Shown: positions 16,701-25,906 of the stretch, one piece after another | Layout: every line of letters starts with the position of its first letter | Position numbering within the stretch: position 1 is the stretch's first letter | Virus record (IMG/VR): IMGVR_UViG_3300033153_001834 | Location: 1 to 57,520 of that record | Source: a virus | Taxonomy: Duplodnaviria > Caudoviricetes | Reading direction: 5' to 3' (one strand) | DNA: 57,520 nucleotides | Position numbers and translations under genes: made by a program | Notes under the pieces: model-generated | The model's input: the letters and a program-made list of their open reading frames with translations, nothing else | Database searches by the model: none | Told to the model about the DNA's origin: nothing

Positions 16701-19669
16701 TGGGTCATTTAACTTTACATAGTGAATATTCATTCGGAGCTTGTTATGGCTTTTTAAATAGATTAGTAAATGAATATTCTGATGATGGTTTTATTGGTAT
16801 TTGCGATAACTTTAATACTTTTAGTGCCTATAGACTTCAAGAAGCTTGTAGAAAGCATAATGAAAACTTAACTGACTGGACAGATGGTCAGGCATATAAT
16901 CCAATTCAAAAAGGTGCAAGAAAAAGTAAAGCTAAATTTATTAAACCAATATTTGGTATTAGAGTTACTGTAGTAGAGGATGCTAGTATAGATAATAGCA
17001 GAACTTTTGGTAGAGTAGGGCAGCATGGTACAGAGTATATAGTTATCGCAAAAAATCAAGACGGCATAAGAGAGATTTTTAAACTAACTTCAATCGGTAG
17101 CTCTAATTTCTTCTATAGAGAGAATGTTTCAGCCTCTGATATAGATAATCTAACAGAAAATGTGTATGTAATTCCCACTTCTAATATTATAACCGACAGA
17201 GCTGATTACTATGGGCTCACATTTTTTAATCGGGACTCTTTACCCGTATATTTAAAAACGGATAAGCACAGAGCCTTACCTTTAGTTGCTATAGACGAAA
17301 ACTTTTATCCAACTAAAGAAGACAAAAATGTATATGAATGCTTCGCTGGTAGGAAGAGAGATACTCGTTCTTTTCCTCAATATATATTAGAAGAAGATGA
17401 GCAAAGGTATTATTATCCAAAAGAGGCAGTAGATAATATTAAGGTTATAGCGGATTCAATAGAATTCTTTGAATTACCAAGAGCTAAACCAATTAAAGCC
17501 ATTAATAGTGATACTATTGAAAACCTTATTATAAAAGGGGCAAAGAAAAAAGGTATAGACTTATCAGTTGAACCTTATAGTAGTAGAATAGAAAGTGAAC
17601 TAAAGATAATGCACGATAAAAATTTTATTGATTATTTCTTAGTTATGGCCGATGTTATTCAATGGGCAAAGAAAAGAATGTTAGTAGCACCTGGTCGTGG
17701 TAGTTCTGCTGGTAGCCTAGTATGTCATTGTTTAGATATAACAGATTTAGACCCACTAAAATATGACTTAGTATTCGAGAGATTTATTTCTCCTGAACGT
17801 TCTGACTTCCCAGATATTGATTCTGATTTTAATGATAAAAAGAGAATTAAAGTAGTTCAATATATGGAGAAAACATACGGAAAAGAAAAGGTAAAAACTA
17901 TTGCGAATATTATTACATTTAAACCTAAGTCAGCTATTGGAGAATTCGCTAAAGCACTAAGAATACCAGAGTGGAAAACAGAAGCTACAAAAGATTCTAT
18001 TTTAGATAGAGCAGGAGGCGATAACCGTGCTTCTTTTTGTATGGAAGATACTTTTACTGAAACAGAACCTGGACGTCAACTTTTAAAAGAGCATCCTGAA
18101 TTAGGATTAGTAATGTTTATCGAAGGTCACGCTAAAAATAAAGGTAAGCATGCAGCAGGTGTAATTATATCTAATGAACCATTAACTAATTTTTGCGGAG
18201 TAGATAATAGATACGATACTATTCATATGAATAAATATGATGCAGAGGCAATTAATCTATTAAAAGTTGATATTTTAGGACTAAGGACGTTATCAGTTTT
18301 AGAAGATACTGCAGAACTATCAGGATTTAAAGCTACTGACTTCTATAAGATAGACTTAGAAGAAGAGACTACATATGAAATCTTCGAAGATCAAAGATTA
18401 TCTGGTATCTTTCAATTCGAAGGGGCTACAATGAATCGCCTTAATCAAGAAGTTCCTATGGAGTGTTTTGATGATATTGCTGCATCGCAAGCCTTAGCTA
18501 GACCAGGTGCATTATCTTCTGGTGGTACTACTAAATATATTAATATTAAAAATGGTAAAAAGGAAGCGTTTTATTATAGTGATGTTCATAAAGATATTAC
18601 TAAAAGTACATTTGGTATTATTGTCTATCAAGAACAAATGATGCGAGTAGCTAGAGAAATGGCAAACTTTACTTGGTCTGATGTAGGAAGATTAAGAAAG
18701 GCTGCATCTAAATCTATGGGAGATGAATATTTCTCTACATTTAAACCAAAATTTATAGAAGGCTGTCAAGATTTCGGTGGTTTAACAGAAGAAATGTCTG
18801 AAAAATTATGGAAGGATGTAGCTAGTTCAGGTTCATATTCTTTTAACTTATCTCACGCAGTTTCTTATGGAGTTATATCTAACTGGTGCGCTTGGGCTAA
18901 AAAGAATCACGGATTACAATTTGTAGCTTCTATTTTAAATAATTCTAAAACAGATAAAGATTCATTAAAAGTTCTAAGAGAGTTTTATGATAATGAAGGA
19001 TTACAATATGAATCTGTAAATCCAGATACTTCAGAAGTAAGATGGTCTATTCAAGATGGTAAATTAGTAGGTGGTTTAGGTAATATAGATGGCTTTGGTC
19101 CACAGAAGGCTAAGGATGCTATTAAAATGAGAAACGGAGAAAAGCCTTTTACTCCATCAGTCTTAAGCACTATGTTTGAACCAACTACCCCTTACGATAT
19201 ATTATTTCCAGCAGATTTTCATTGGTATGATATATATAATAATCCGTATGAATATACAGAAGAAAGAACAAAAGTATCATATTTAAAAGATATCCAAAAG
19301 AAGAAAGAGTATTGGTGTATTGGTCAAATAATTTATTTCGATGATATTAATCTTAATGATTATGTACATATTCAAAAAAGAGGTAATGAAATAACTGATG
19401 GGTTTGATAGAAAGATAGTTTTTAGAGTTGAAGATGATACAGATATTATGACTATGATAGTATCTCGTTTTGATTATCCTGGACTTAGAGATATCCTAAC
19501 AAAATGTAAGATAGATAAAACTTGGCTATTAATTAAAGGTGAAATTATATTTCCAAATGCAAGAATATTTATGGCTAAGCAAATAGCAAATATTAGTGAG
19601 CAAATAGGACTTCAGCCTTATAATATTGATACTGCTAAATTTAGTAAAATAAGAAGAGTAAAAAGATAA
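16700..19669 (+). CDS. dnaE: DNA polymerase III alpha subunit (family C)
   Basis: HSEYS PHP start, GRGSSAGS, FERF, PDIDSDF, HAAGV, KVDILGL, YQEQ.M, YSFNLSHA. Confidence 0.95.
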   Translation: MGHLTLHSEYSFGACYGFLNRLVNEYSDDGFIGICDNFNTFSAYRLQEACRKHNENLTDWTDGQAYNPIQKGARKSKAKFIKPIFGIRVTVVEDASIDNSRTFGRVGQHGTEYIVIAKNQDGIREIFKLTSIGSSNFFYRENVSASDIDNLTENVYVIPTSNIITDRADYYGLTFFNRDSLPVYLKTDKHRALPLVAIDENFYPTKEDKNVYECFAGRKRDTRSFPQYILEEDEQRYYYPKEAVDNIKVIADSIEFFELPRAKPIKAINSDTIENLIIKGAKKKGIDLSVEPYSSRIESELKIMHDKNFIDYFLVMADVIQWAKKRMLVAPGRGSSAGSLVCHCLDITDLDPLKYDLVFERFISPERSDFPDIDSDFNDKKRIKVVQYMEKTYGKEKVKTIANIITFKPKSAIGEFAKALRIPEWKTEATKDSILDRAGGDNRASFCMEDTFTETEPGRQLLKEHPELGLVMFIEGHAKNKGKHAAGVIISNEPLTNFCGVDNRYDTIHMNKYDAEAINLLKVDILGLRTLSVLEDTAELSGFKATDFYKIDLEEETTYEIFEDQRLSGIFQFEGATMNRLNQEVPMECFDDIAASQALARPGALSSGGTTKYINIKNGKKEAFYYSDVHKDITKSTFGIIVYQEQMMRVAREMANFTWSDVGRLRKAASKSMGDEYFSTFKPKFIEGCQDFGGLTEEMSEKLWKDVASSGSYSFNLSHAVSYGVISNWCAWAKKNHGLQFVASILNNSKTDKDSLKVLREFYDNEGLQYESVNPDTSEVRWSIQDGKLVGGLGNIDGFGPQKAKDAIKMRNGEKPFTPSVLSTMFEPTTPYDILFPADFHWYDIYNNPYEYTEERTKVSYLKDIQKKKEYWCIGQIIYFDDINLNDYVHIQKRGNEITDGFDRKIVFRVEDDTDIMTMIVSRFDYPGLRDILTKCKIDKTWLLIKGEIIFPNARIFMAKQIANISEQIGLQPYNIDTAKFSKIRRVKR

Positions 19670-19686
19670 TTATCAAAAGAAATTAA

Positions 19687-19715
19687 TAGACATATAAAAG
19701 ATAATCGGGTATAAT
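19687..19715 (+). promoter_or_regulatory. sigma70-like promoter
   Basis: TAGACA-N17-TATAAT. Confidence 0.6.
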
Positions 19716-19741
19716 TCCCTTATAATTAATTTAAAAAGAAA

Positions 19742-20455
19742 GTGAGAAATAAGAAAATGGTTGATTTAGTATATAGAAATACATATAATATGTTTGTTAG
19801 ACCTTGTACTTCTGATGATTTAGTTTGCGATGAAGCTCAAGAATATTTAAGACTTTTTATTGATAAAAAAAATTATGATGTATTTCTTGATATAGGGGCT
19901 AATATTGGTTCTGTAACTTCTTTAGCAAAAGAAATTAATCCGATTATGGAAATAATCTGTTACGAACCAGATAAAGAGAATTTTGATGTATTGCATAGTA
20001 ATACTAAAAACTTTTCAAGTATAAGACGTTATAGAGTAGCATTAGGAACTGGAGAAAAAGATATTAATCTTTTTAAAGCAAAAGGTTCTAATAAAGGAAA
20101 GCACTCTATAATAAGTAGAAGTTGTAATATGGATAAACCAACTAACGTTCATCAATTAGATTTTAGAAAAGAGCTAATTAGAACTAATTGTACTCTTTTA
20201 AAGATTGATATTGAAGGTGGTGAGTATAGTTTAGACCTTTATAATTTACCAGAAAAAATTAAAGGTTTAGCTATTGAATTCCATCTTATAGATAATAACT
20301 ATAGTCAAATGCTTTATTTATATCAAGGAATTAAAAGTCAATTTGGTTTAGTTTTAGGTGATACTCCAGAAGAAGAGTCACTAGAATATTTTAAAGAAGC
20401 GTATAGTGAAAAAGACAGCGCATTTATGTGCATATTTTTAAGGAATGAAAAATGA
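19742..20455 (+). CDS. FkbM-family SAM-dependent O-methyltransferase
   Basis: FLDIGANIG, YEPD..NF, LKIDIEGGEY, IEFH. Confidence 0.88.
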   Translation: MRNKKMVDLVYRNTYNMFVRPCTSDDLVCDEAQEYLRLFIDKKNYDVFLDIGANIGSVTSLAKEINPIMEIICYEPDKENFDVLHSNTKNFSSIRRYRVALGTGEKDINLFKAKGSNKGKHSIISRSCNMDKPTNVHQLDFRKELIRTNCTLLKIDIEGGEYSLDLYNLPEKIKGLAIEFHLIDNNYSQMLYLYQGIKSQFGLVLGDTPEEESLEYFKEAYSEKDSAFMCIFLRNEK

Positions 20456-20898
20456 AATGTATTAGTATAACTGGTATTGATAAGTCAGGAAAATCTACTT
20501 TAATTCAAAGAGTATGGGATGCAACTAATGGTAATTACTATGTTGCAGATAGAGACTTATCTACTCGTCATTTTTTTAATATTCTTCTAGGAAGAGTTAA
20601 TAAAAATGATAAAGTTTATCATAAAGAGTATAAAAATAAAATAGCTGCATATAGACAGTTATTAGATTTAGCAGTACTATTAGAAGTTAACGAGTTTGAT
20701 TGGAAACTAAGATGTCACTCTCATAAAGAGAAACCGTTAGTTGGTAATCTTAGTTTTGGTTTACATCAAAAAGCGTTAATAAAACATTTTGATAAAGCTC
20801 ATTATAAAAATGTGCTTAAACTTAATACTTCAGAATTATCTGAAGATGAATGCTTCGATGCTATAATGAAGCGATTGGGATTATATGGGAGAAAATAA
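20452..20898 (+). CDS. P-loop deoxynucleotide monophosphate kinase (Tmk-like)
   Basis: ITGIDKSGKST, VADR, LNTS. Confidence 0.75.
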   Translation: MKCISITGIDKSGKSTLIQRVWDATNGNYYVADRDLSTRHFFNILLGRVNKNDKVYHKEYKNKIAAYRQLLDLAVLLEVNEFDWKLRCHSHKEKPLVGNLSFGLHQKALIKHFDKAHYKNVLKLNTSELSEDECFDAIMKRLGLYGRK

Positions 20899-21795
20899 AT
20901 GCCAATAGATAACAGTTTACCAGACCATCCGCTTTTAGTAAATTTAAAAACTGGTAAAAAGCCGGTTACGCAATATATTAATGGATTAAATGCTATTAAT
21001 GTTCGTATACTAGAAGCACCAACTATTACAACTTTAGAAAGCTATATTCCTGAATTTACATCTGGAACATGGGAAGATAATCCAGTTTATGGTTTTTCTA
21101 AAGAACAAAGGAGTCAAGCTGTAAATGATTTATTTGATGGTTATTTATTGCCTACTGCTCTTGAAACTATTAAAATTACCTTCATCGTAGAAGGCATTGA
21201 TTTACCTGATGTTTGTCATTTAATTCGTCATCGAACTATGGGCTTTAGTGCTTCTGGTACAGGTGATAGAGATTCAAGAAACGATAAAGTATTATTAAAA
21301 CCATCTATTATTGGTTCTAAGTATGAAGCTAGTATAAAACTAGCTACAGATATATTAAAAGAAACTTATGCTAAAATGATGGATGATCCAGATATTCCAG
21401 TATTAGATGCTAGAACAATTCTTCCAAGAAATACTAATAATTATTATTATGTAACTGCAGACTTAAAGGCAATCTTTGCTTTTATCGGTCAACGTAAGGA
21501 TGAAAGTATTGAACCTGAGACTATGAATATCTTTGCTCTTAAATTATGGTTAGAGATATGTAAAATTTATCCAAAATTAAAAGATAAAATAGATTTACGT
21601 GGTCCAGATCATTTTGCTATTAAGACTTCTATCGGTGGACGTTCATCTAATTTCTATAGACCAGAACCTAAAAATGATATTTATAACTATAAATTGAATT
21701 GGTTTATGAAACAAAAGATGCGTCAAGAAATGCGTGGTGGAGATCAATATATTAAATTAAGAGATTCTATTTTAAAAGAGATAGATAAATTATAA
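20899..21795 (+). CDS. divergent flavin-dependent ThyX-like enzyme
   Basis: ALE...F..EG, LIRHR..FS, DARTILP, F..QR; the canonical RHRx7S/R substrate loop is altered. Confidence 0.75.
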   Translation: MPIDNSLPDHPLLVNLKTGKKPVTQYINGLNAINVRILEAPTITTLESYIPEFTSGTWEDNPVYGFSKEQRSQAVNDLFDGYLLPTALETIKITFIVEGIDLPDVCHLIRHRTMGFSASGTGDRDSRNDKVLLKPSIIGSKYEASIKLATDILKETYAKMMDDPDIPVLDARTILPRNTNNYYYVTADLKAIFAFIGQRKDESIEPETMNIFALKLWLEICKIYPKLKDKIDLRGPDHFAIKTSIGGRSSNFYRPEPKNDIYNYKLNWFMKQKMRQEMRGGDQYIKLRDSILKEIDKL

Positions 21796-21853
21796 TATTG
21801 TAGCTACACAGAAGTCCATATAGCTATTATTTTTAATAAGTAATACTACCCCT

Positions 21854-21886
21854 AGCCTTATATTTTAATAGAGTATAAGGCTTTTT
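21854..21886. terminator. terminator at convergence of the two genome arms
   Basis: AGCCTTATAT...GTATAAGGCT-TTTT inverted repeat between convergent stops. Confidence 0.65.
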
Positions 21887-22220
21887 ATACGATTGTAATA
21901 TCTGCTTTATTAGTAGTAGAACTTCCATCCGCATTAGTTCCTGTCACATATATATCAGATAGAGTTTGAACTATAGTTGGAGTTCCATCTATTAATCCGG
22001 TTGTAGGATTTAAATTTAATCCAGTTGGTAAAGTACCTATTAATGTAAAAGAGACAATATCTCCACCTGTAAATAATGGTTCCACTTCATAAGAATATAG
22101 AACACTAGTCTGACCATTAGGAGGATTAAAAGTAGCTAATGCAATAGGTGGATTTCCATATCTTTGTTTAGCTTTTCTTCTTCTTGCATAATATAAAGCA
22201 GCTTGCATATTTGGTTTCAT
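21885..22220 (-). CDS. putative Ig-domain (He_PIG-like) virion protein
   Basis: GTLPTGLNLNPTTGLIDGTPT...VTGTNADG. Confidence 0.7.
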   Translation of the reverse strand: MKPNMQAALYYARRRKAKQRYGNPPIALATFNPPNGQTSVLYSYEVEPLFTGGDIVSFTLIGTLPTGLNLNPTTGLIDGTPTIVQTLSDIYVTGTNADGSSTTNKADITIV

Positions 22221-22228
22221 AATAAATC

Positions 22229-22585
22229 CTATAATTTTGGTAATACTTTAAATGATATTACAGTAGTTGATTTTCTACCGCTAGCAAGTTCTACTTCTAA
22301 CTGACCTTTCCAAGAACCATCTATATCTAATGTATCAGATAATGTAATATATTCAGCCAAACCGTCAGTTCCATCTGTAACAAGAGCAGCTACTAAGTTA
22401 GTAGTATATGTTCCGTCTGGTTTTAAGAATTTTAAGTCTAATGCTACAGGATTAGATATATCTAATACAGATTCTACTCTTGGTTCTACAGTAGTATCAC
22501 AAGTATGAACGTGAAATTGTATTGGTAAACCTTCGTCGCCAACAAATATCTCTTGGCAACAGACTTCATCTTCGCACTTAGCCAT
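22229..22585 (-). CDS. BppU-N-like beta-sandwich adaptor protein
   Basis: VGD.G..I, KPDGT, G...Y.....LD..G.W..Q pattern. Confidence 0.55.
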   Translation of the reverse strand: MAKCEDEVCCQEIFVGDEGLPIQFHVHTCDTTVEPRVESVLDISNPVALDLKFLKPDGTYTTNLVAALVTDGTDGLAEYITLSDTLDIDGSWKGQLEVELASGRKSTTVISFKVLPKL

Positions 22586-22770
22586 TATAATTCAACCTTT
22601 TCTCTAAAAATTTTGGAAATATAAACTTTAATTCTTTCAATTAAAGATATATAAACCTTATTATAAATAACACTAGACAAATAGACCTTTTCTTTTATCA
22701 ATGAGCTAGTATAAACTTTTTCTTTTATATTACTAGATAGATATACCTTAAATCTAACAGGAGTATTCAT
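22585..22770 (-). CDS. small protein made of 10-aa KVYxS repeats
   Basis: FKVYLSSNIK/EKVYTSSLIK/EKVYLSSVIY/NKVYISLIER/IKVYISKIFR/EKVEL; coupled to both neighbours. Confidence 0.6.
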   Translation of the reverse strand: MNTPVRFKVYLSSNIKEKVYTSSLIKEKVYLSSVIYNKVYISLIERIKVYISKIFREKVEL

Positions 22771-22910
22771 AGCTCTACCTTGAATCTAATCTTTTCTGAG
22801 ACATAAACTTTGAAACGAATTACTTTATCCCAGTATTCTAAGATTTTCTTAACTCCACCTTTAAGCCAAAATGGAGATTGCCCTTTTTTCTTTAATCCAA
22901 AAGTATTCAT
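22767..22910 (-). CDS. small paralogue of the KVYxS protein (47 aa)
   Basis: MNTFGLKKKGQSPFW...IRFKVYVSEKIRFKVEL; ATGA overlaps at both ends; not in ORF track. Confidence 0.55.
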   Translation of the reverse strand: MNTFGLKKKGQSPFWLKGGVKKILEYWDKVIRFKVYVSEKIRFKVEL

Positions 22911-25681
22911 TGTGGTGCAATCTCAATGATTTCACCTTCAGCATTTTCTATATAATCAAATACTTTACGGATAGTAGTCTGATCATCTTCATAAGTAGTA
23001 ATAGTTTTAACACTTTCATTAGTAATACGCTTATTCATTTGAGTTATATGAATGTCTTTAACTTCTTCTGGATTTAATGCGAAAAACTGAATAGAGCAAC
23101 CAATACCAGAATTATCAATTGGTTTAACATTACCAAAGATTATAATTTGACCATTAGTGCAAGAACTATCTATTTCTACCATACCAACTGCTATAATTTT
23201 TACTATATCTGTAGGTTGGTTACAATTTATGATAGTTATACCACCAACATACCCCATTAAAGCTAACTGAGCTGTACCAGTAATTCCACCTATACTTATA
23301 GTGGGTTTAGTAAAATCTGTAGATATCGCTGTACAGTTTTTAACTAATGCAAATCCACCATCAGGTACTTCGAATGTACTTGCTAATCCACAGTTTTCAA
23401 AATTACCATTTAAGTTAGTAACGGATGTACTAATTAATCTTGACTCTTGTACTGTAATTGAACCTGAATATAATCCATCTAAAGTAATATAAGTAAACCT
23501 AGAGCCATCTAAGTTTTGACTATTAGTAGTAATCTTAGATATATTAATACTATCAATATAAAAGTTTTTTATTTGTCTAGTAAATTCTATTTCTGACATA
23601 AGACGTAAATTTAAAATATTATGAAATTCTGCAAAATCTATAGCTATAGTTTCATTAGAAAATGGATTATGCTGCGAACCATCTTCAACTTCAGGATCAA
23701 TTAATTCTGAGTCTATATATAGTTTAAATTCTAAATGCTTTAAGTGAGCAGCTACACCGCCTAAAGTGTTAACATCATCGTAAGGCGTTAAATCTGTAGT
23801 TAATAATGTATCAGCATTTAGAATAGCTATATCTTGTTTCTCATGCGAAGTACCGCCACCTAAATCATTCACATTGCCAAGTGCATTATTAGCGATACTA
23901 TTACTAGCGCCAATTTGAACACCGGTAGAATTAGCCGTTATATTTATTCCATATCCACCGTTATTATGAATTACATTTCCGTTTTTAAATGTAACTTCAT
24001 GTCCAGTAGTAACATCAATAACAACACCGTCCTCAGTACAAGAACCAATATGGTTATGATCTAAAGTAAAGTGCTGAGACCCGCCATTTATACGTACACC
24101 ATAGCCAGTACTATGACCAACTCTAGTATTTTTTATTATACCATACGCACCATCAACTATAAGTATTCCATTTCCAGAATCTTCTATATAAATATTTTCA
24201 ATTAATGGAAAAGAAGCAGAGCACTTAATAGTCGCTATCGTATTAGTACTTTCGGTTGTTAATAACATACCAGATATTTCGCAACCGTCACCTTGCATAT
24301 CAACTGCGGCTAAATTATCATCGTTACAATGCATATGGAAATCACGACCAGGTCCACGAACAAATACATAGTTTTTAGTTATAAGTATTTGTTCATTAGT
24401 AAAAGTAACACCTGTTGGATCTCCAGATACACAAACAATTATATCATGGTTATTATCATTAACTAATTCATGAGCTCTAGCAAATGTTTTAGTTGCTCGA
24501 TGGGCATGGTCACCTGCGTTTGTATCATCTCCACCATATGGATCCCAGAACCAAATAATTCCAGTACCTGTATGGTGAGGACGAAGCAATTCAACTAAGC
24601 GGGTTAAGTTAGTAACTTCGGAACCAGATACAACTGTATTAACGACATAACATCCAGGACCACTATTATCTACTACTCTACCAACACCACTAAGCATTAT
24701 AATTCCGTCTGTACAAGAGGAATCTATTTCTACTTCAGCAGCATCAAGTCCGATACCTAATTCACTTGGTCCAGTAAGATTAGATATTTGTAATCTTCCA
24801 GAATAATTAGGCATTACTAAATTCTGTCCTGAAGAACCACAGTCAATAATAGGTACGCTCGTTATTTGCTGTTGATAACAATCTGTAATAGTAGCATCAA
24901 GCGAACCCGCTAATGTTATAACCCCATTTAAAGAGGAATCATGGATATGGCCATTAAAATAAGTAATATCGTGTACAACACAGTTTGTAATTTCACTATC
25001 ACCATCTAGTGTTCCGGTAATATCGAAGCTATCAAATGAAGTTTTTAAACACAAACAATCTGGATTAACGAGCATAGTGGTATTTACATGAGATACACCA
25101 ACCATATGATATCCACGAACGTCATCTCCAGTATCTAATACCATATTGGTAAGAATATTAATATCTGAAAAACCATAATATAATGCAATAGACACTGAAT
25201 CCGTAACGTTATTAGATGGACGTCTTCGTGTTCCAATTGGATATATAGTTCCGGCAACACCTTTTAAAATATCAATGGTAACCGCTCCGCCATACTCACC
25301 AAACTCAATAGCCTGTGATGTCACTAAACCAGCTGAGTTAGCAGAACGAATAGATACCTGATTAACATTAGTTACATCACCAACATTACTATTAGCCCCT
25401 TTTAGATTAACCGCATATTGACCATCTTCGAAAGTAACAGTATAGCTATTAATCATCTCAATAACACGCGCTAATGTTACACCACCAACAGTTACTTCTG
25501 TATTATGGTTATGAGTTTTTATAAATGACATCCCCTCTTCGTCATCCTCTAAATCTTTTAGAGTCAAACGAAAGGCATTTAAATCTAGCTCCCTAATTTC
25601 TGTAGGGACTGACTGAATTAAAGTCATATCATTGCGAGGAACAAAAACTATTTTCGAACCCCAATTAAGACTAATAGCCAC
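22907..25681 (-). CDS. large virion protein with parallel beta-helix (pectin-lyase-like) regions
   Basis: G.D.N.G.....A.KT...A motif and GxGI/NxI beta-helix repeats. Confidence 0.65.
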   Translation of the reverse strand: MAISLNWGSKIVFVPRNDMTLIQSVPTEIRELDLNAFRLTLKDLEDDEEGMSFIKTHNHNTEVTVGGVTLARVIEMINSYTVTFEDGQYAVNLKGANSNVGDVTNVNQVSIRSANSAGLVTSQAIEFGEYGGAVTIDILKGVAGTIYPIGTRRRPSNNVTDSVSIALYYGFSDINILTNMVLDTGDDVRGYHMVGVSHVNTTMLVNPDCLCLKTSFDSFDITGTLDGDSEITNCVVHDITYFNGHIHDSSLNGVITLAGSLDATITDCYQQQITSVPIIDCGSSGQNLVMPNYSGRLQISNLTGPSELGIGLDAAEVEIDSSCTDGIIMLSGVGRVVDNSGPGCYVVNTVVSGSEVTNLTRLVELLRPHHTGTGIIWFWDPYGGDDTNAGDHAHRATKTFARAHELVNDNNHDIIVCVSGDPTGVTFTNEQILITKNYVFVRGPGRDFHMHCNDDNLAAVDMQGDGCEISGMLLTTESTNTIATIKCSASFPLIENIYIEDSGNGILIVDGAYGIIKNTRVGHSTGYGVRINGGSQHFTLDHNHIGSCTEDGVVIDVTTGHEVTFKNGNVIHNNGGYGINITANSTGVQIGASNSIANNALGNVNDLGGGTSHEKQDIAILNADTLLTTDLTPYDDVNTLGGVAAHLKHLEFKLYIDSELIDPEVEDGSQHNPFSNETIAIDFAEFHNILNLRLMSEIEFTRQIKNFYIDSINISKITTNSQNLDGSRFTYITLDGLYSGSITVQESRLISTSVTNLNGNFENCGLASTFEVPDGGFALVKNCTAISTDFTKPTISIGGITGTAQLALMGYVGGITIINCNQPTDIVKIIAVGMVEIDSSCTNGQIIIFGNVKPIDNSGIGCSIQFFALNPEEVKDIHITQMNKRITNESVKTITTYEDDQTTIRKVFDYIENAEGEIIEIAPQ

Positions 25682-25691
25682 TTCTTATCTC

Positions 25692-25898
25692 CTATACTGT
25701 GGGCCCCATGCCTCTACCGTTAAGATGAGCTACTAGTTGTTTTGCATTAAGAAGTTCAGCTTTAGTATTAGTAAGCTCTGCTTCTATTCTAGTCACTTTC
25801 TCTACTAATATAGTTATTAGTTTATCGTGTTTTTTTGCTACTTCGTGTAATGCATGTATATTCTTACTGTTTACAGAACCGTCTAATGGAGCTGTCAT
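25692..25898 (-). CDS. small coiled-coil protein
   Basis: AGGA SD; heptad pattern. Confidence 0.55.
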   Translation of the reverse strand: MTAPLDGSVNSKNIHALHEVAKKHDKLITILVEKVTRIEAELTNTKAELLNAKQLVAHLNGRGMGPTV

Positions 25899-25906
25899 AA
25901 TTTATC

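Noticed and set aside
22767-22910. UGAA stops at gene junctions as further quadruplet-readthrough targets
   Set aside because: They arise from common ATGA start/stop overlaps. A +1 shift would not enter the downstream gene's frame, and at 22907 it hits a stop after about 14 codons.
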